Part shown: piece by piece, positions 21,600 through 31,864 of the stretch
Position numbering within the stretch: position 1 is the stretch's first letter
How the letters are laid out: each line of letters starts with the position of its first letter
DNA from: a virus
Strand: one strand, 5' to 3'
Virus record (IMG/VR): IMGVR_UViG_3300025941_000015
Span: 32,001 to 96,000 of that record
Length of the DNA stretch: 64,000 bases
Notes under the pieces: generated by a model
Database searches by the model: none
What the model was told of the DNA's origin: nothing
What the model saw: only the letters and a program-made list of their open reading frames with translations
Program-made: the position numbers and the translations under genes

Positions 21600-22109
21600 A
21601 TGACCGCAACCACACTCTCCACCACATTCGGCCCCGTCAAGACGGGCTCGACCGCCGCCTTCATCGCTGTTGTCAAGGCCGAGCGCCTGTGCCGCATCGG
21701 CACGACGTCCGTCGAGGGCACCAAGGTGCTCTGGCGTGCCGAGACCAGCCAAGCGCTGGAGACGCGCCTGCGCCGGGCTGGCCTGGGCCGCTCGTCCGAG
21801 TCCGGCCTGTGGTTCATGCGTGGCCGCTCCTCGTTCGCCGAGGGCGCCATCGTCCCCGGCGAGCTGATCGCCACGGTCGAGATCGTCGAGGTGGCCAAGT
21901 GAGCCGCCGCATCTTCCCCACGTTCGAGGCGTTCGTCCAGTACCACCCGATGTACCTCCAGAACCGGTACGGCGGCAAGTGCTTCGAGTGCGGGCAGTTC
22001 GTCCCACAGTTCAAGGGCAGCGTGGTCAAGGTGCACGGGAAGCACCGCATCGCCCACCTCCCGGTCGAGGGCCATTGCGAGGGTGCGAAGTGATTCTTCC
22101 ACACCGAGG

Positions 22110-22143
22110 TTGCAATGCCGTTGAAGACGTGTACACTGACCAC
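22110..22143 (+). promoter_or_regulatory. cassette promoter P7
   Basis: TTGCAA-16-TACACT-GACCAC-ATG 22144. Confidence 0.85.
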
Positions 22144-22908
22144 ATGACAAACACCACCACCAACACCGCCCCGAACGCCCACCAAGCCGAAGTCGACGGC
22201 CGCATCGCCGAGGCGAGCGTCGCCTACGCCAAGGCCGCCCAGAACGCCGCCTGGTGGGAGAAGCACACCACGTCCGCCTACGACGGCGAAGCCAAGCTCG
22301 CCGAGGCCGTCGCCAAGCGCGACGACACCCTGGCCGCCCTCTCCGCGGTCGAGGCCGAGTTCGAGGGCTGGAGCCGCTTCTTCCTCGTGCAGGCCAGCAA
22401 CGGCCACATCCACAAGAGCCTGTGGTGCTCGACGTGCTTCCCCACGACGCAGTACGCCTGGCTCCCGGCCCTGTCCGGCCTGACCGAGGCCGAGGCCGTC
22501 GCCGAGTACGGCGGCATCCTCTGCTCGATCTGCTTCCCCTCCGCCCCGGTCGAGTGGACGACGGGCACGAACAAGAAGGACGCCGAGCGCAAGGCCGCTG
22601 AGGCCGCCTTGAAGGCGATCGCCAAGACGCCCGAGGGCAAGGCCGTCATCCGCAAGCGCGACCTCGTGCGCAGCCACCAGTACGCGATCGACTCGTTCGA
22701 CCGCACGATCGCACGGCCCGCCGAGACGATCGCATTCGCCGCCAGCCGGGGCATCACGGTCACGCTCGACGACGAGCGCGTCGCCAAGGAAGTGCAGTGG
22801 GCCAACGAGGCCCAGGCCAAGCGCGAGCCCGTCGTCAAGAAGCTGGCCAAGGCCCAGGCGCAGCTCGACGTCGCCGAGGCGGCGCTGAACGCCGCTCTGG
22901 GGATCTGA
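22144..22908 (+). CDS. Zn-binding hypothetical phage protein
   Basis: WSRFFLV...GHIH....CSTC...LCSICFPSAPVEW. Confidence 0.75.
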   Translation: MTNTTTNTAPNAHQAEVDGRIAEASVAYAKAAQNAAWWEKHTTSAYDGEAKLAEAVAKRDDTLAALSAVEAEFEGWSRFFLVQASNGHIHKSLWCSTCFPTTQYAWLPALSGLTEAEAVAEYGGILCSICFPSAPVEWTTGTNKKDAERKAAEAALKAIAKTPEGKAVIRKRDLVRSHQYAIDSFDRTIARPAETIAFAASRGITVTLDDERVAKEVQWANEAQAKREPVVKKLAKAQAQLDVAEAALNAALGI

Positions 22909-22929
22909 TCAGGAATCACCTCCACGACG

Positions 22930-22963
22930 TTGCAACGGCGTTGTGGAGGTGTACACTGATCAC
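22930..22963 (+). promoter_or_regulatory. cassette promoter P8
   Basis: TTGCAA-16-TACACT-GATCAC-ATG 22964 (gene to 23188). Confidence 0.85.
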
Positions 22964-23206
22964 ATGACTGCAACCACCACCTCCGTTTCCACCCTCGCCG
23001 CAGGCGCCGTCATGGGCGCCGCGGCCCGCTGCTTCGCCGTTGGCGACACGGGCCCCAAGAAGGGCCACCGCATCATCGCTGAGATGCGCGGCGAGCGCGT
23101 CGGAGCCGAGGCCGAATGGTTCGCCCTGTGCGGCGTGCTCGCGCTCGTCCGCTTCGTCAAGGTCTCGGGCATCACTGAGATCTTCTGAGGAATCACCGTC
23201 GCAACG

Positions 23207-23240
23207 TTGCAACAGCGTTGCGACGGTGTACACTGTTCAC
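23207..23240 (+). promoter_or_regulatory. cassette promoter P9
   Basis: TTGCAA-16-TACACT-GTTCAC-ATG 23241 (gene to 23501). Confidence 0.85.
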
Positions 23241-24326
23241 ATGACACAAACCACCACCATCGCATCCGCCTCCGCCTACGACACCCCGCACTGGCTGCGC
23301 AACGCCGGGCTCGACGTCGAGGGCACGCACGAGGCATTCGTCGTGCTGTTCGACGACCTCGACCAGGCGCTCGCCTGCGTCAAGCTGGCCAGCGCCCAGG
23401 CGTTCGCCGCCTACGTGCGCCAGGGCGGCAACGCCCGCAACAAGCGTGCGTTCAGCGCCCAGTTCGCAGCCGTGACCAAGGCCCTCCGGGCCGCAGCCTG
23501 ACCAACCACCACCAAGGAGAGAACCCCCACCACCATGAGCGCAGCTCGATACACCGTCATCGGAGCGTGGCACGACCACGACTCCACGTACTTCCCCTTC
23601 ATCGTCCAGGCCGCCGACCTCTTCGACAACCGCTCGAAGCAGCTCTACAGCAACGGCGCCATGCGCGTCGTCTTCGACGGCAAGCCCGCCGTGCGCGGCA
23701 AGGGCGGCACAACGCCCTTCAAGGGCGAGACCGCCTGGGCGCACGCTGAGAGCCTCGCACGCTCCCTGCAGGTCTCTGAGCGCTACGTGAGGACCGTCTG
23801 ATGGCGCGCCTCCCGCTCGCCGAGCGCCTCGCCATGGTGCTCAACAGCCTGCCGAGCTACGCCGAGGTCGACGTCGTGTGCGTGCCCTACGAGGGTGCGC
23901 GCACCAACGAGTTCCGGCTGATGGCCCGAGACTTCCCCACGTACGACATCGAGCTGTCCCGCCGGTTCACGAACCTCACGACCGGCACCGAGTGGTTCGT
24001 CAAAGCTGAATCGCTCGCAGCGTTCGGCGTAGTCTCGGTGGAGATCCACCTCGACGACGTCAAGAACTGGAGCATCCAATGAGCAAAGGTCACGGCTTCC
24101 CCAGCGAGATGATCCACACGCACGCCTTCGAGCTGCAGGCACACCGCAAGAGCACCGCAGGACGGGCCCTGGTGCCGCTCACGCTGTTGAAGAGCAACGA
24201 CCGGGCGGAAGTCGAGGCGGAGCACGCACGGCGCTCTGAGGTCAATTCACAGCTCCGCAACCCCAGCCGCCTCATCATCGTTGAGAACAAGCGGTGGCGA
24301 GATGATGGAGTTTCTGGCCCCTGAGG

Positions 24327-24361
24327 TTGGAACAGCGTTGTGCGTCGTGTATCTTGATCAC
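24327..24361 (+). promoter_or_regulatory. cassette promoter P10
   Basis: TTGGAA-17-TATCTT-GATCAC-ATG 24362 (gene to 24592). Confidence 0.85.
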
Positions 24362-24790
24362 ATGACCGCAACCACCACCTTCAAGATCACCGTCCCCGTC
24401 GCCCACGTCTGGGCCTCCGGCGCCATGCGCGGCACGGGCGTCCGCATCGTCGAGATCGTCGAGGAGGCCACCATCCTGGGCGGCTGCCGGGCGATCGACG
24501 CCGCCGTCGCCCAGTGCAAGCACCCCCTCGCCGACGCCTCGCCCGAGATCGAGCCCAACCCCGCCCTCATGGGCTGGGCGCTGGGAGCGTGAGCGCCGTG
24601 ACGACCCGTCGCCTCTGCCCCGGCCTCTACGAGGTCTCCACGCCCCAGGGCGTGTTCACGATCGACCGCATCACGAACGAGTACGGCGGCTCGACGTACA
24701 CCGAGTGGTTCATCACGTGGCCAGGCGAGCGGAGCCCCGACGCCATCGGCATCACGCTGCGAGACGCCAAGATGATTGTGGCGGCAGAGG

Positions 24791-24824
24791 TTGGAACAGC
24801 GTTGTGAGCGTGTACACTGACCAC
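24791..24824 (+). promoter_or_regulatory. cassette promoter P11
   Basis: TTGGAA-16-TACACT-GACCAC-ATG 24825 (gene to 25142). Confidence 0.85.
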
Positions 24825-25320
24825 ATGACAACGACCATGAGCTGCGACACCTGCTACGACACGAAGACCATCGACCAGGGCGGGCGCGAGATCCCCTGCC
24901 CGGACTGTGTCTTCCGGTATCACCCGTCGAGCGTGACGATCGAGACCAACCCGGACTACGACCCCAAGTCGACCTCGATGTTCAACGTCCGGTACATCAT
25001 CCGCGACCGCTCGATGGGCAACTTCATCTACGGGAAGGCCCGCAACATGGACGACGCCATCCGCATCCAGCGCAAGCGCCAGGGCGTGATCAAGGCGGCG
25101 CTCACCCGCCGGGCGAACAAGGCTGCGAGGGCCGCCAAGTGAGCACGCTCATCCACTACGGCAAGCCGCGCACGCGGTCGTTCCCGACCGACGTCGACAT
25201 CTGGCTCCCCGAGGGCGCCATCGTCCTCCACACCGAGCGCCATCGCGCTGCCACGGTCATCACGTACCTCGTGCCGAGCGGGCGCACGTCGAGGCCCATC
25301 TGAGGAATCTCACAACGGCG

Positions 25321-25355
25321 TTGCAAGAGCGTTGTGACCGTGTACACTGGTCACC
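25321..25355 (+). promoter_or_regulatory. cassette promoter P12
   Basis: TTGCAA-16-TACACT-GGTCACC-ATG 25356; extra CAACGGCGTTG at 25313. Confidence 0.85.
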
Positions 25356-25478
25356 ATGACAGGCAACCAAGACCACGACCAAGACCGCCGCTTCCCGGCC
25401 ATGACCGCCACCCGCTACGGCAGCAACCACGACTGGTGCTACCGGGGCGACAACACCAAGTACAAGAACAAGAAGTGA
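25356..25478 (+). CDS. 40-aa peptide missed by the ORF track (MTGNQDHDQDRRFPAMTATRYGSNHDWCYRGDNTKYKNKK)
   Basis: Starts at the leaderless position of P12. Confidence 0.55.
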   Translation: MTGNQDHDQDRRFPAMTATRYGSNHDWCYRGDNTKYKNKK

Positions 25479-25545
25479 GCCCCAGCGGCCACTGTCACAC
25501 CCCCCAGTCACACTGAATCCCCTACCCAACGAAACCAGGAGAACC

Positions 25546-25929
25546 ATGACCACCACCATCAGCAACCCCGAGGTCCGCTCGACCGACCTCCTCGTGCACG
25601 AGCTGCTCGTGCAGCTCCGGGCCGCCGAGCGCGCCGAGGAGCGCGCCGACGCCATCAAGGCCGAGCTGGTCGAGCGCCTGGGCGACGGCGGCAAGGTTGA
25701 GACCCACGAGGCGAAGATCGCCATCGTGGCCAACAAGACCCAGGTCGTCGACATCGACGCCCTGCAGACCGTCGCCTCGAAGGGCTTCTTCTACAAGGTC
25801 ACCAAGCGGGTCGTCGACAACACCGCCTTCAAGGCGTTCCTCGCCCTGGAGCAGGTGCCCCAGGACGTGCTCGACATCGTGACCACGAAGGTCAGCAAGC
25901 CCGCCGTCCGAGTCACGATCAAGAAGTGA
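25546..25929 (+). CDS. hypothetical protein (similar to 980..1405)
   Basis: AGGAG RBS; similar sequence pattern. Confidence 0.7.
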   Translation: MTTTISNPEVRSTDLLVHELLVQLRAAERAEERADAIKAELVERLGDGGKVETHEAKIAIVANKTQVVDIDALQTVASKGFFYKVTKRVVDNTAFKAFLALEQVPQDVLDIVTTKVSKPAVRVTIKK

Positions 25930-26223
25930 TCCTCGACGACGGCCACCAGCACCACGTCGAGATCGAGCGTGAGAACCTCCCGCCCCGCTCGTGGTACCCA
26001 CGCTGCGACTGCGGCTGGGAGGGGTTCGGCCAGGCGTCTCGACGTGACGCTGAGGACGACGGCGACGGCCACGTCCTCAGCTTCACCCGCTGATCGCCCG
26101 TCGACGTGAGGCCGGTCAGGTAGGTGGCGCCACTGACGACCGGCCACAGCGCCCGGTAAAGCCGGATCGGGTTGGGAGCGCCCTCTGCACACCGCAGGGG
26201 GCGCTCTCGCGTACGCTGGAGCC

Positions 26224-26991
26224 ATGGAGTCTCGATCGAGGAGCCGGGCGCCGTCGGGCGCCGACCCGCACCTCGCTGCGCGCCTGGGGCGCCAGCAGGA
26301 GAACCGTGATCGCATCATCGGTGCGGGCGCCGGTCGCGAGCGCGTGCTGGGCAATCGAGCTGCGCTCTTCGAGGCCGGTGAGATCGACTTCGACCCGCAC
26401 ACGCTGTCGATGGAGTCGCTGGGCATCCGCAACGTCGAGCGCGACGTGCTGCACAACCGTGTCGAGAACAAGGTGCCGTACGGGCCGCACGATGCGTCGG
26501 TGTTCCGCAAGGCTGGTGAGGTGCGAGAGGTGCCCCTGACGGGCCCTGACGCCGTCACAACGATGCAGAGCCACGTGAGCCCCGCACGTGTCGCTGAGAT
26601 CGTCAGAGACCCGCACAGCGGCTCTGATCCACGCTTCCGAGGCACGCCTGCAGCCGAGATGCCACTGGTCGTCGAGCACATGACGCGCCACCCGGAGACG
26701 GGCGCCTGGGGCCGCACGAACGTGGTCTACAACGGCAACCACCGCATCGTCGCGGCCCTGCAGCAGGGGCAGACCTCGATCCCCGCTCGTGTCATCACGA
26801 GGGAGCAGCGCGAGTCTGCGTCCGACGTGTTCCGGCGAGACAGGACGCGCTTCAAGGACTCACGAGAGCAGCGCCTCGATGTCGGCAGCACCCGCCTGGT
26901 GATGGGCGATCCCACGATCAAGAGGGGCATGGGCGCTGGCATCTGGGACGAGGTCGCCAAGCAGGACATCGAGAACTACGGGAATACCTAG
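26224..26991 (+). CDS. ParB/Srx-like domain protein
   Basis: VTTMQSHV...MPLVV...VVYNGNHRIVAA...IPARVI; TACGCT-6-ATG. Confidence 0.65.
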   Translation: MESRSRSRAPSGADPHLAARLGRQQENRDRIIGAGAGRERVLGNRAALFEAGEIDFDPHTLSMESLGIRNVERDVLHNRVENKVPYGPHDASVFRKAGEVREVPLTGPDAVTTMQSHVSPARVAEIVRDPHSGSDPRFRGTPAAEMPLVVEHMTRHPETGAWGRTNVVYNGNHRIVAALQQGQTSIPARVITREQRESASDVFRRDRTRFKDSREQRLDVGSTRLVMGDPTIKRGMGAGIWDEVAKQDIENYGNT

Positions 26992-27000
26992 CCCGGCAGG

Positions 27001-27034
27001 TTGCAACTGCGTTGTGGTCGTGTACACTGGCCAC
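27001..27034 (+). promoter_or_regulatory. cassette promoter P13
   Basis: TTGCAA-16-TACACT-GGCCAC-ATG 27035 (gene to 27403). Confidence 0.85.
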
Positions 27035-27560
27035 ATGACCTACCACACCACCACCCCCGCCAACTACACCCCCGTCCTTGGCTCCGTTGTCCCCGGACCC
27101 TGGAACTCGAAGTACGCCGTCTCGGAGCACACGCTCGCCGTGAACCTCGCCAGCACCGCTGCGATCGAGGACGACGACCACACGGTCGTCCGGGCGATCG
27201 ACGACGCCGTCGCCGTGTTCGAGGACGACGACCTCATCAACGACGGCTCGATCCGAGGCTTCTGGGCCTGGGTCTGGAGCGGGCTCGACCGCGGCACGCA
27301 GCGTGACGTCGCCAAGCGCGCCGAGGCGCTCCTCGAAGCGCACCGCGCTGGCGGGTACGGCAGCAAGGCCGACCTCTTCGAGATGTTCGACGGCCAGCGG
27401 TGAGCGCGCTCACTGGCAAGGCGCTCGTCGAGCACCGCCGGGACCGCCTCGCCGACCTCGTCGAGATGCGGGCCCGGCAGGCCGCCGAGCTGGCCGAGAC
27501 CGATGAGGCGATCGCCGAGTGCATCGCCTCGATCCTCGACGCAGCCTCCGAGGAGCTGTC

Positions 27561-28196
27561 ATGAACCAGAGTCACGAGGATTGGCTCAACGCCGCCGGAG
27601 ACCCGGCCGCCACGCACGCCCTGATCAACCAGGCGGGCTCGTACGAGAACGGCCCGCACCAGCTCCCCCACACCACGCTGATCGCCGGGCTGATGTACGG
27701 GGCAGGCGCCCTCTACGTGCCGAAGGGCCGTGCGCAGTTGTGGTACGCCCTCGTCGTCCCGCTGTTCATCGCCGGGTGCCACTTCCTCCGCGACGGGGGC
27801 CGCACCCCGGCCTCTGAGTCATCGTGGTGGTGGTACGGCGAGTTCCACCAGACCCCGCTCTCGCTGTTCTTCTTCGCCCTGTCGATCGCCAGCGTGTTCC
27901 TGCTGAACGCCGAGGTGAACCGGCACAAGCGTGCCCGGTACTACGCCGCGGCCGCTGCCGCTCAGCTCGACGCAGACACCGCCTGGATCGCTCAGGGCGG
28001 GCGCACGGTCGTCGAGGCGACGGTTCGCTCTCACAACGACGTTGAGCCCTCACAGGGCCACACAGCGCCTCTCCCGACGTTGTGGCTGCCGAGCAGCCCC
28101 GAGCGCCGGGTGCGCCGTGGCGGCACGACGCTCAACGGCACACCGATCAAGGATCGCCGATCGGTCAACCCCGAGACACTCTTCGACGAGTACTGA
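27561..28196 (+). CDS. membrane protein
   Basis: About three hydrophobic segments; GAGGAG RBS. Confidence 0.6.
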   Translation: MNQSHEDWLNAAGDPAATHALINQAGSYENGPHQLPHTTLIAGLMYGAGALYVPKGRAQLWYALVVPLFIAGCHFLRDGGRTPASESSWWWYGEFHQTPLSLFFFALSIASVFLLNAEVNRHKRARYYAAAAAAQLDADTAWIAQGGRTVVEATVRSHNDVEPSQGHTAPLPTLWLPSSPERRVRRGGTTLNGTPIKDRRSVNPETLFDEY

Positions 28197-28206
28197 CAAC
28201 CCATGG

Positions 28207-28240
28207 TTGCAACAGCGTTGTGACCGTGTACACTGCACAC
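28207..28240 (+). promoter_or_regulatory. cassette promoter P14 (leadered)
   Basis: TTGCAA-16-TACACT, short leader with GGAG, ATG 28269. Confidence 0.8.
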
Positions 28241-28268
28241 CGACCCCTACCCACTGGAGAACGCCACC

Positions 28269-29000
28269 ATGGCACGAATCAACACCGTCAAGAGCGCGCA
28301 GCAGCGCTACCGCACCGTCCCCGTCCTCGACGAGGCGGGCCAGCCCAAGAGCACCCCGGTGCTCCGCAAGGACGGCACGCCCAAGACCACCAAGACCGGC
28401 CGGGCCATCACCCGCCGGGTGACGGTCGCCGACAAGACCCAGCCGCTGCCCAACCACACGTGCGGCAAGTGCGGTGTGGAGATCGAGGTCGGCCACCCGT
28501 ACCGCTGGGTGCAGATCAAGAGCGGCCCGTACGGCGGACGCACGATGTACCGCTGCATGAGCTGCCCCTCGTGGCGCCAGTCCGAGCTGACCAGCTCGAA
28601 GATGGCGGGCATCTACGCCGCCCAGGAGCACCTGAGCGACATCATCGACAGCCTGGAGACGGTCGACGATCTCACCGACGCAGCGCAGACGTTCGCCGAT
28701 GCCGTCCGCGAGGTCGGCGAGGAGTACCGCGAGTCGCAGTCCAACATGGTCGACGGCTTCGGCCACGACACCTCGATGAGCGACGAGCTGGGCGAGAAGG
28801 CCGACATGCTCGACGACTGGGCGAACGACATCGAGTACCTCGACTTCGAGGACTTCGACGAGGAGCCGCCCGAGGAGGACGACTTCGAGGATGAGGACGC
28901 CTTCGAGACCGCCAAGGAGGACTGGAACGCGAACGCTGACGCCCACTGGGAAGACCAGCGCGCCGTCCTCATCGACGCATCGGACGAGTGCCCGCTCTGA
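28269..29000 (+). CDS. Zn-ribbon protein with acidic helical C-terminus
   Basis: CGKCG...CMSC; D/E-rich tail. Confidence 0.7.
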   Translation: MARINTVKSAQQRYRTVPVLDEAGQPKSTPVLRKDGTPKTTKTGRAITRRVTVADKTQPLPNHTCGKCGVEIEVGHPYRWVQIKSGPYGGRTMYRCMSCPSWRQSELTSSKMAGIYAAQEHLSDIIDSLETVDDLTDAAQTFADAVREVGEEYRESQSNMVDGFGHDTSMSDELGEKADMLDDWANDIEYLDFEDFDEEPPEEDDFEDEDAFETAKEDWNANADAHWEDQRAVLIDASDECPL

Positions 29001-29621
29001 TGCGCAAGCGGGCCGTGCTCGAACACATCGGCAAGTACGTCGAGATCGAGCACGGCCCGTTCCGGCCCCGCAGCCTGGCCATCGTGCTGGGCTACGGGTA
29101 CCGGCAGCGCCACGGTCGCGGCTCGCCGCTCGAAGAAGACTGGACGTCGCGCTCAGGCGGCAGCCAGGTCGCCGTGGCCATGCGCCACGAGGACGGCTCG
29201 TGGACCCCCGAGGCCGTCCATCTGATTTCAATCCACCGATGCTCCGAGGAGGAGTCATGAACCGAGATGCCCCCATTCTGCGACTGGTCACACCGGCCGT
29301 CGATCACGCTGTTGACGTCGTCATGCACAACGCTGACCCCGAGCGCTTCCACCGCCAGCACGGCGTGCCGTGCGAGCTGTGCCCCGAGCCCGAGACCGAG
29401 CTGCAGAAGGAGATCGCTCGCAAGATCGATGAGCTGATGGGTGACACCGAGATGGCCCCGTGGCAACGCAAGCTGGCCAGCGAGGTGCTCGCCGCACAGA
29501 TGGCGCCTGACAGCATCGAGATGTCCGACGCACTGCAGACCTACCTCGACGACCGCAGCCTGATGGCTGACCCCGGCGAGATCGAGGACGACGAAGATGA
29601 CGAAGAGATTGACGAGTGAGG

Positions 29622-29655
29622 TTGCAACGGCGTTGCGACCGTGTACACTGATCAC
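29622..29655 (+). promoter_or_regulatory. cassette promoter P15
   Basis: TTGCAA-16-TACACT-GATCAC-ATG 29656. Confidence 0.85.
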
Positions 29656-30369
29656 ATGACCAACGCCACCGCAACCCCCCGCCAGTTCGACTTCATCGCC
29701 AAGCTCGTTGACGAGCGCAAGGCCACCTGCGGCGTCACCGACGTCGCCGCCTTCATGCAGGTGCTCGCCGACCAGCGCCTCACCAAGACCGGCGCCAGCG
29801 CCCTCATCGACAACCTGCTCTCGCAGAAGCCGGACGCCAAGGTCGCCCCGGCCCCGGTCGCAGGCGCCACCCCGGCCCAGCCCGCGGTGCGCCCCAACCG
29901 CTTCGACGCCAAGTGCGACCGCTGCGGCAAGAACGTGCCCGCGGGCACCGGCACGCTCAACGGTGGCCCTGGCCGCTGGATCGTCGCCCACGTCGAGGGT
30001 GGCTGCCCGGTCGACCTGCAGGTCGAGCTGAACCAGCTCCTCGCCGAGATCCCCAAGGGCTACTACGCCATCCCGTTCATCGGCCTCGACGCCGCCCGCA
30101 ACGACCTCACCTTCCTCGCCGTCGGCACGAAGGACAACGGCGACCGCACGCTGCGCCACGTGGTCGGTGGCCACGGCGAGCTGGACGGCATGAGCATCGA
30201 GTGGTGCCGCCGGGCCGTCGCCGGGCTCAACGCCACGAGCCTCGAAGTGGCAGCCGCCACCTACGGCCAGGAGTACTCCCACTGCGGACGCTGCGGCCGG
30301 TCGCTGACCGACGACGCCAGCCGTGCCCGCGGCATCGGCCCGGAGTGCGCCACCAAGCTCTGGAGCTGA
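29656..30369 (+). CDS. DUF6011-like Zn-finger protein
   Basis: YG....HCGRCGRSLTDDASRARGIGPECA. Confidence 0.75.
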   Translation: MTNATATPRQFDFIAKLVDERKATCGVTDVAAFMQVLADQRLTKTGASALIDNLLSQKPDAKVAPAPVAGATPAQPAVRPNRFDAKCDRCGKNVPAGTGTLNGGPGRWIVAHVEGGCPVDLQVELNQLLAEIPKGYYAIPFIGLDAARNDLTFLAVGTKDNGDRTLRHVVGGHGELDGMSIEWCRRAVAGLNATSLEVAAATYGQEYSHCGRCGRSLTDDASRARGIGPECATKLWS

Positions 30370-30375
30370 CCACGG

Positions 30376-30417
30376 CAACGGGGTTGCGATTGGCGCAACC
30401 CCGTGTACACTGACCAC
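30376..30417 (+). promoter_or_regulatory. cassette promoter P16 (palindromic variant, leadered)
   Basis: TTGCGA-16-TACACT-GACCAC; 11-bp inverted repeat 30378-30404. Confidence 0.75.
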
Positions 30418-30459
30418 ACCCTTCCCCTACCAATGACAACCACCAAGGAGACCACCAAC

Positions 30460-31170
30460 ATGAACACCGACACCACGATCCTCGTCTCGAAGATCGAGAA
30501 GCTCTGGCGCAAGGCCAACAGCGCGGGCTCGACCCCGGCCGAGCGTGACACGTTCGAGGCCAAGGCCCTGAGCCTCATGGAAGAGAACCGCATCACGATG
30601 GCGATGCTGGAGATCGACGACCAGGACATCCTGGGCGACTACGAGTACGGCGACATCTCGGGCCGCTACGCCCGGCCCGTGCTGGCCATCTTGACCGCCG
30701 TGGCCCACGCCTACGACTGCAAGGTCTGGTGGCGCGACTTCGGCTCGACGAAGCAGGTCTGGCTGTTCGGCTTCAAGAGCGACTGCGAGCGCACCAAGCT
30801 GCTCGCCCGCATGCTCATCGCCGATGCGCAGGCGCAAGCCACGTCCGAGTCGGGCTACTCGCCCGGCGAGACGTTCTCGTTGCGCCACAGCTTCCTCCAC
30901 GGCTTCTCGTCGGCGATCGCCATGCGTCTCCGCGAGGCCGCCGTCATGGCCAACAAGGCGTTCGACCAGGAGGCCGCCAAGGGCTCCGCCCTGGTGCTCG
31001 TGGCCCGCCGTGAGCAGATGCACGTGGAGTACTCGAAGAAGCGCCTGCGCAGCGCCAGCCCGAGCTACGCCCGTCGGGGCGGCGCCCGTGGCCGCGGCGT
31101 CGAGGCGGGCAACAACGCCCGTCTCTCGACGCAGGGGCAGGTCGTCAACCGCAAGGCGCTCGCATCATGA
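30460..31170 (+). CDS. DUF2786-domain protein
   Basis: KIEKLWRKA...TPAERDTFEAKALSLM; SFLHGFSSAIAMRL. Confidence 0.75.
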   Translation: MNTDTTILVSKIEKLWRKANSAGSTPAERDTFEAKALSLMEENRITMAMLEIDDQDILGDYEYGDISGRYARPVLAILTAVAHAYDCKVWWRDFGSTKQVWLFGFKSDCERTKLLARMLIADAQAQATSESGYSPGETFSLRHSFLHGFSSAIAMRLREAAVMANKAFDQEAAKGSALVLVARREQMHVEYSKKRLRSASPSYARRGGARGRGVEAGNNARLSTQGQVVNRKALAS

Positions 31171-31673
31171 GCAGCGACCCCGACAAGGACACGGTGTACG
31201 CCGCTGAGGCGCTCGCCTTCCTGGGCACGCCCCTCGCAGACCGCCAGCAGGAGTCGAGCATCGTGGAGGGCTACCACACGATGCTCGACGCCCCCTGGTG
31301 GAAGTGGGGCACCATCGAGATCCGCCAGGCACGCGCCGACATGGTGCGCGCAGGCGGGTACGCCAGCCTGTTCGGCATCAGCACGAGCGCTGGCCGCGTG
31401 GAGCGCTACACGATCAGCCACGAGCTGGCTCACATGGTGGTCAAGCGCCAGGGCATCTGTGATCGACACGGGCCCCAGTTCCGCACGGCGCACCTGTACA
31501 CCGTCGGTGCCGGGTTCGGCCGCCAGTACGCAGACCTCCTCGCTCAGGCGTACGAGGACTACAACCTCCCGGTGTTCCTCACGCCGGGTGGGCTGGGCAT
31601 CCCCCCGGTGCCCACGATCAACATCGATGCTCTCAGCATCGCAGCAGCCCCTCGGGGCGGATGGAGAAGGTAA
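31167..31673 (+). CDS. HExxH metallohydrolase (TIGR04338/SprT-like)
   Basis: VYAAE...ISHELAH...HGPQF. Confidence 0.75.
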   Translation: MSSDPDKDTVYAAEALAFLGTPLADRQQESSIVEGYHTMLDAPWWKWGTIEIRQARADMVRAGGYASLFGISTSAGRVERYTISHELAHMVVKRQGICDRHGPQFRTAHLYTVGAGFGRQYADLLAQAYEDYNLPVFLTPGGLGIPPVPTINIDALSIAAAPRGGWRR

Positions 31674-31864
31674 TGATGGTTCACACAACGGACATCGCAG
31701 GCATCCGCGACATCGCTCAGCACTTCGGTGTGAAGCCCAACGTCGTCAGCAACTGGTCAGCTCGCTACAGCGACTTCCCCGCGCCGATCGCAGAGGTGGC
31801 TGCTGGCCGCCTGTGGGATCTGCAGGAGGTCGTCGAGTGGTACAACGATCGCTGGGCATCGTGA
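31673..31864 (+). CDS. AlpA/excisionase-like HTH protein
   Basis: GIRDIAQHFGV....VSNW..RY.DFPAP.......LWD..EV.EW. Confidence 0.75.
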   Translation: MMVHTTDIAGIRDIAQHFGVKPNVVSNWSARYSDFPAPIAEVAAGRLWDLQEVVEWYNDRWAS

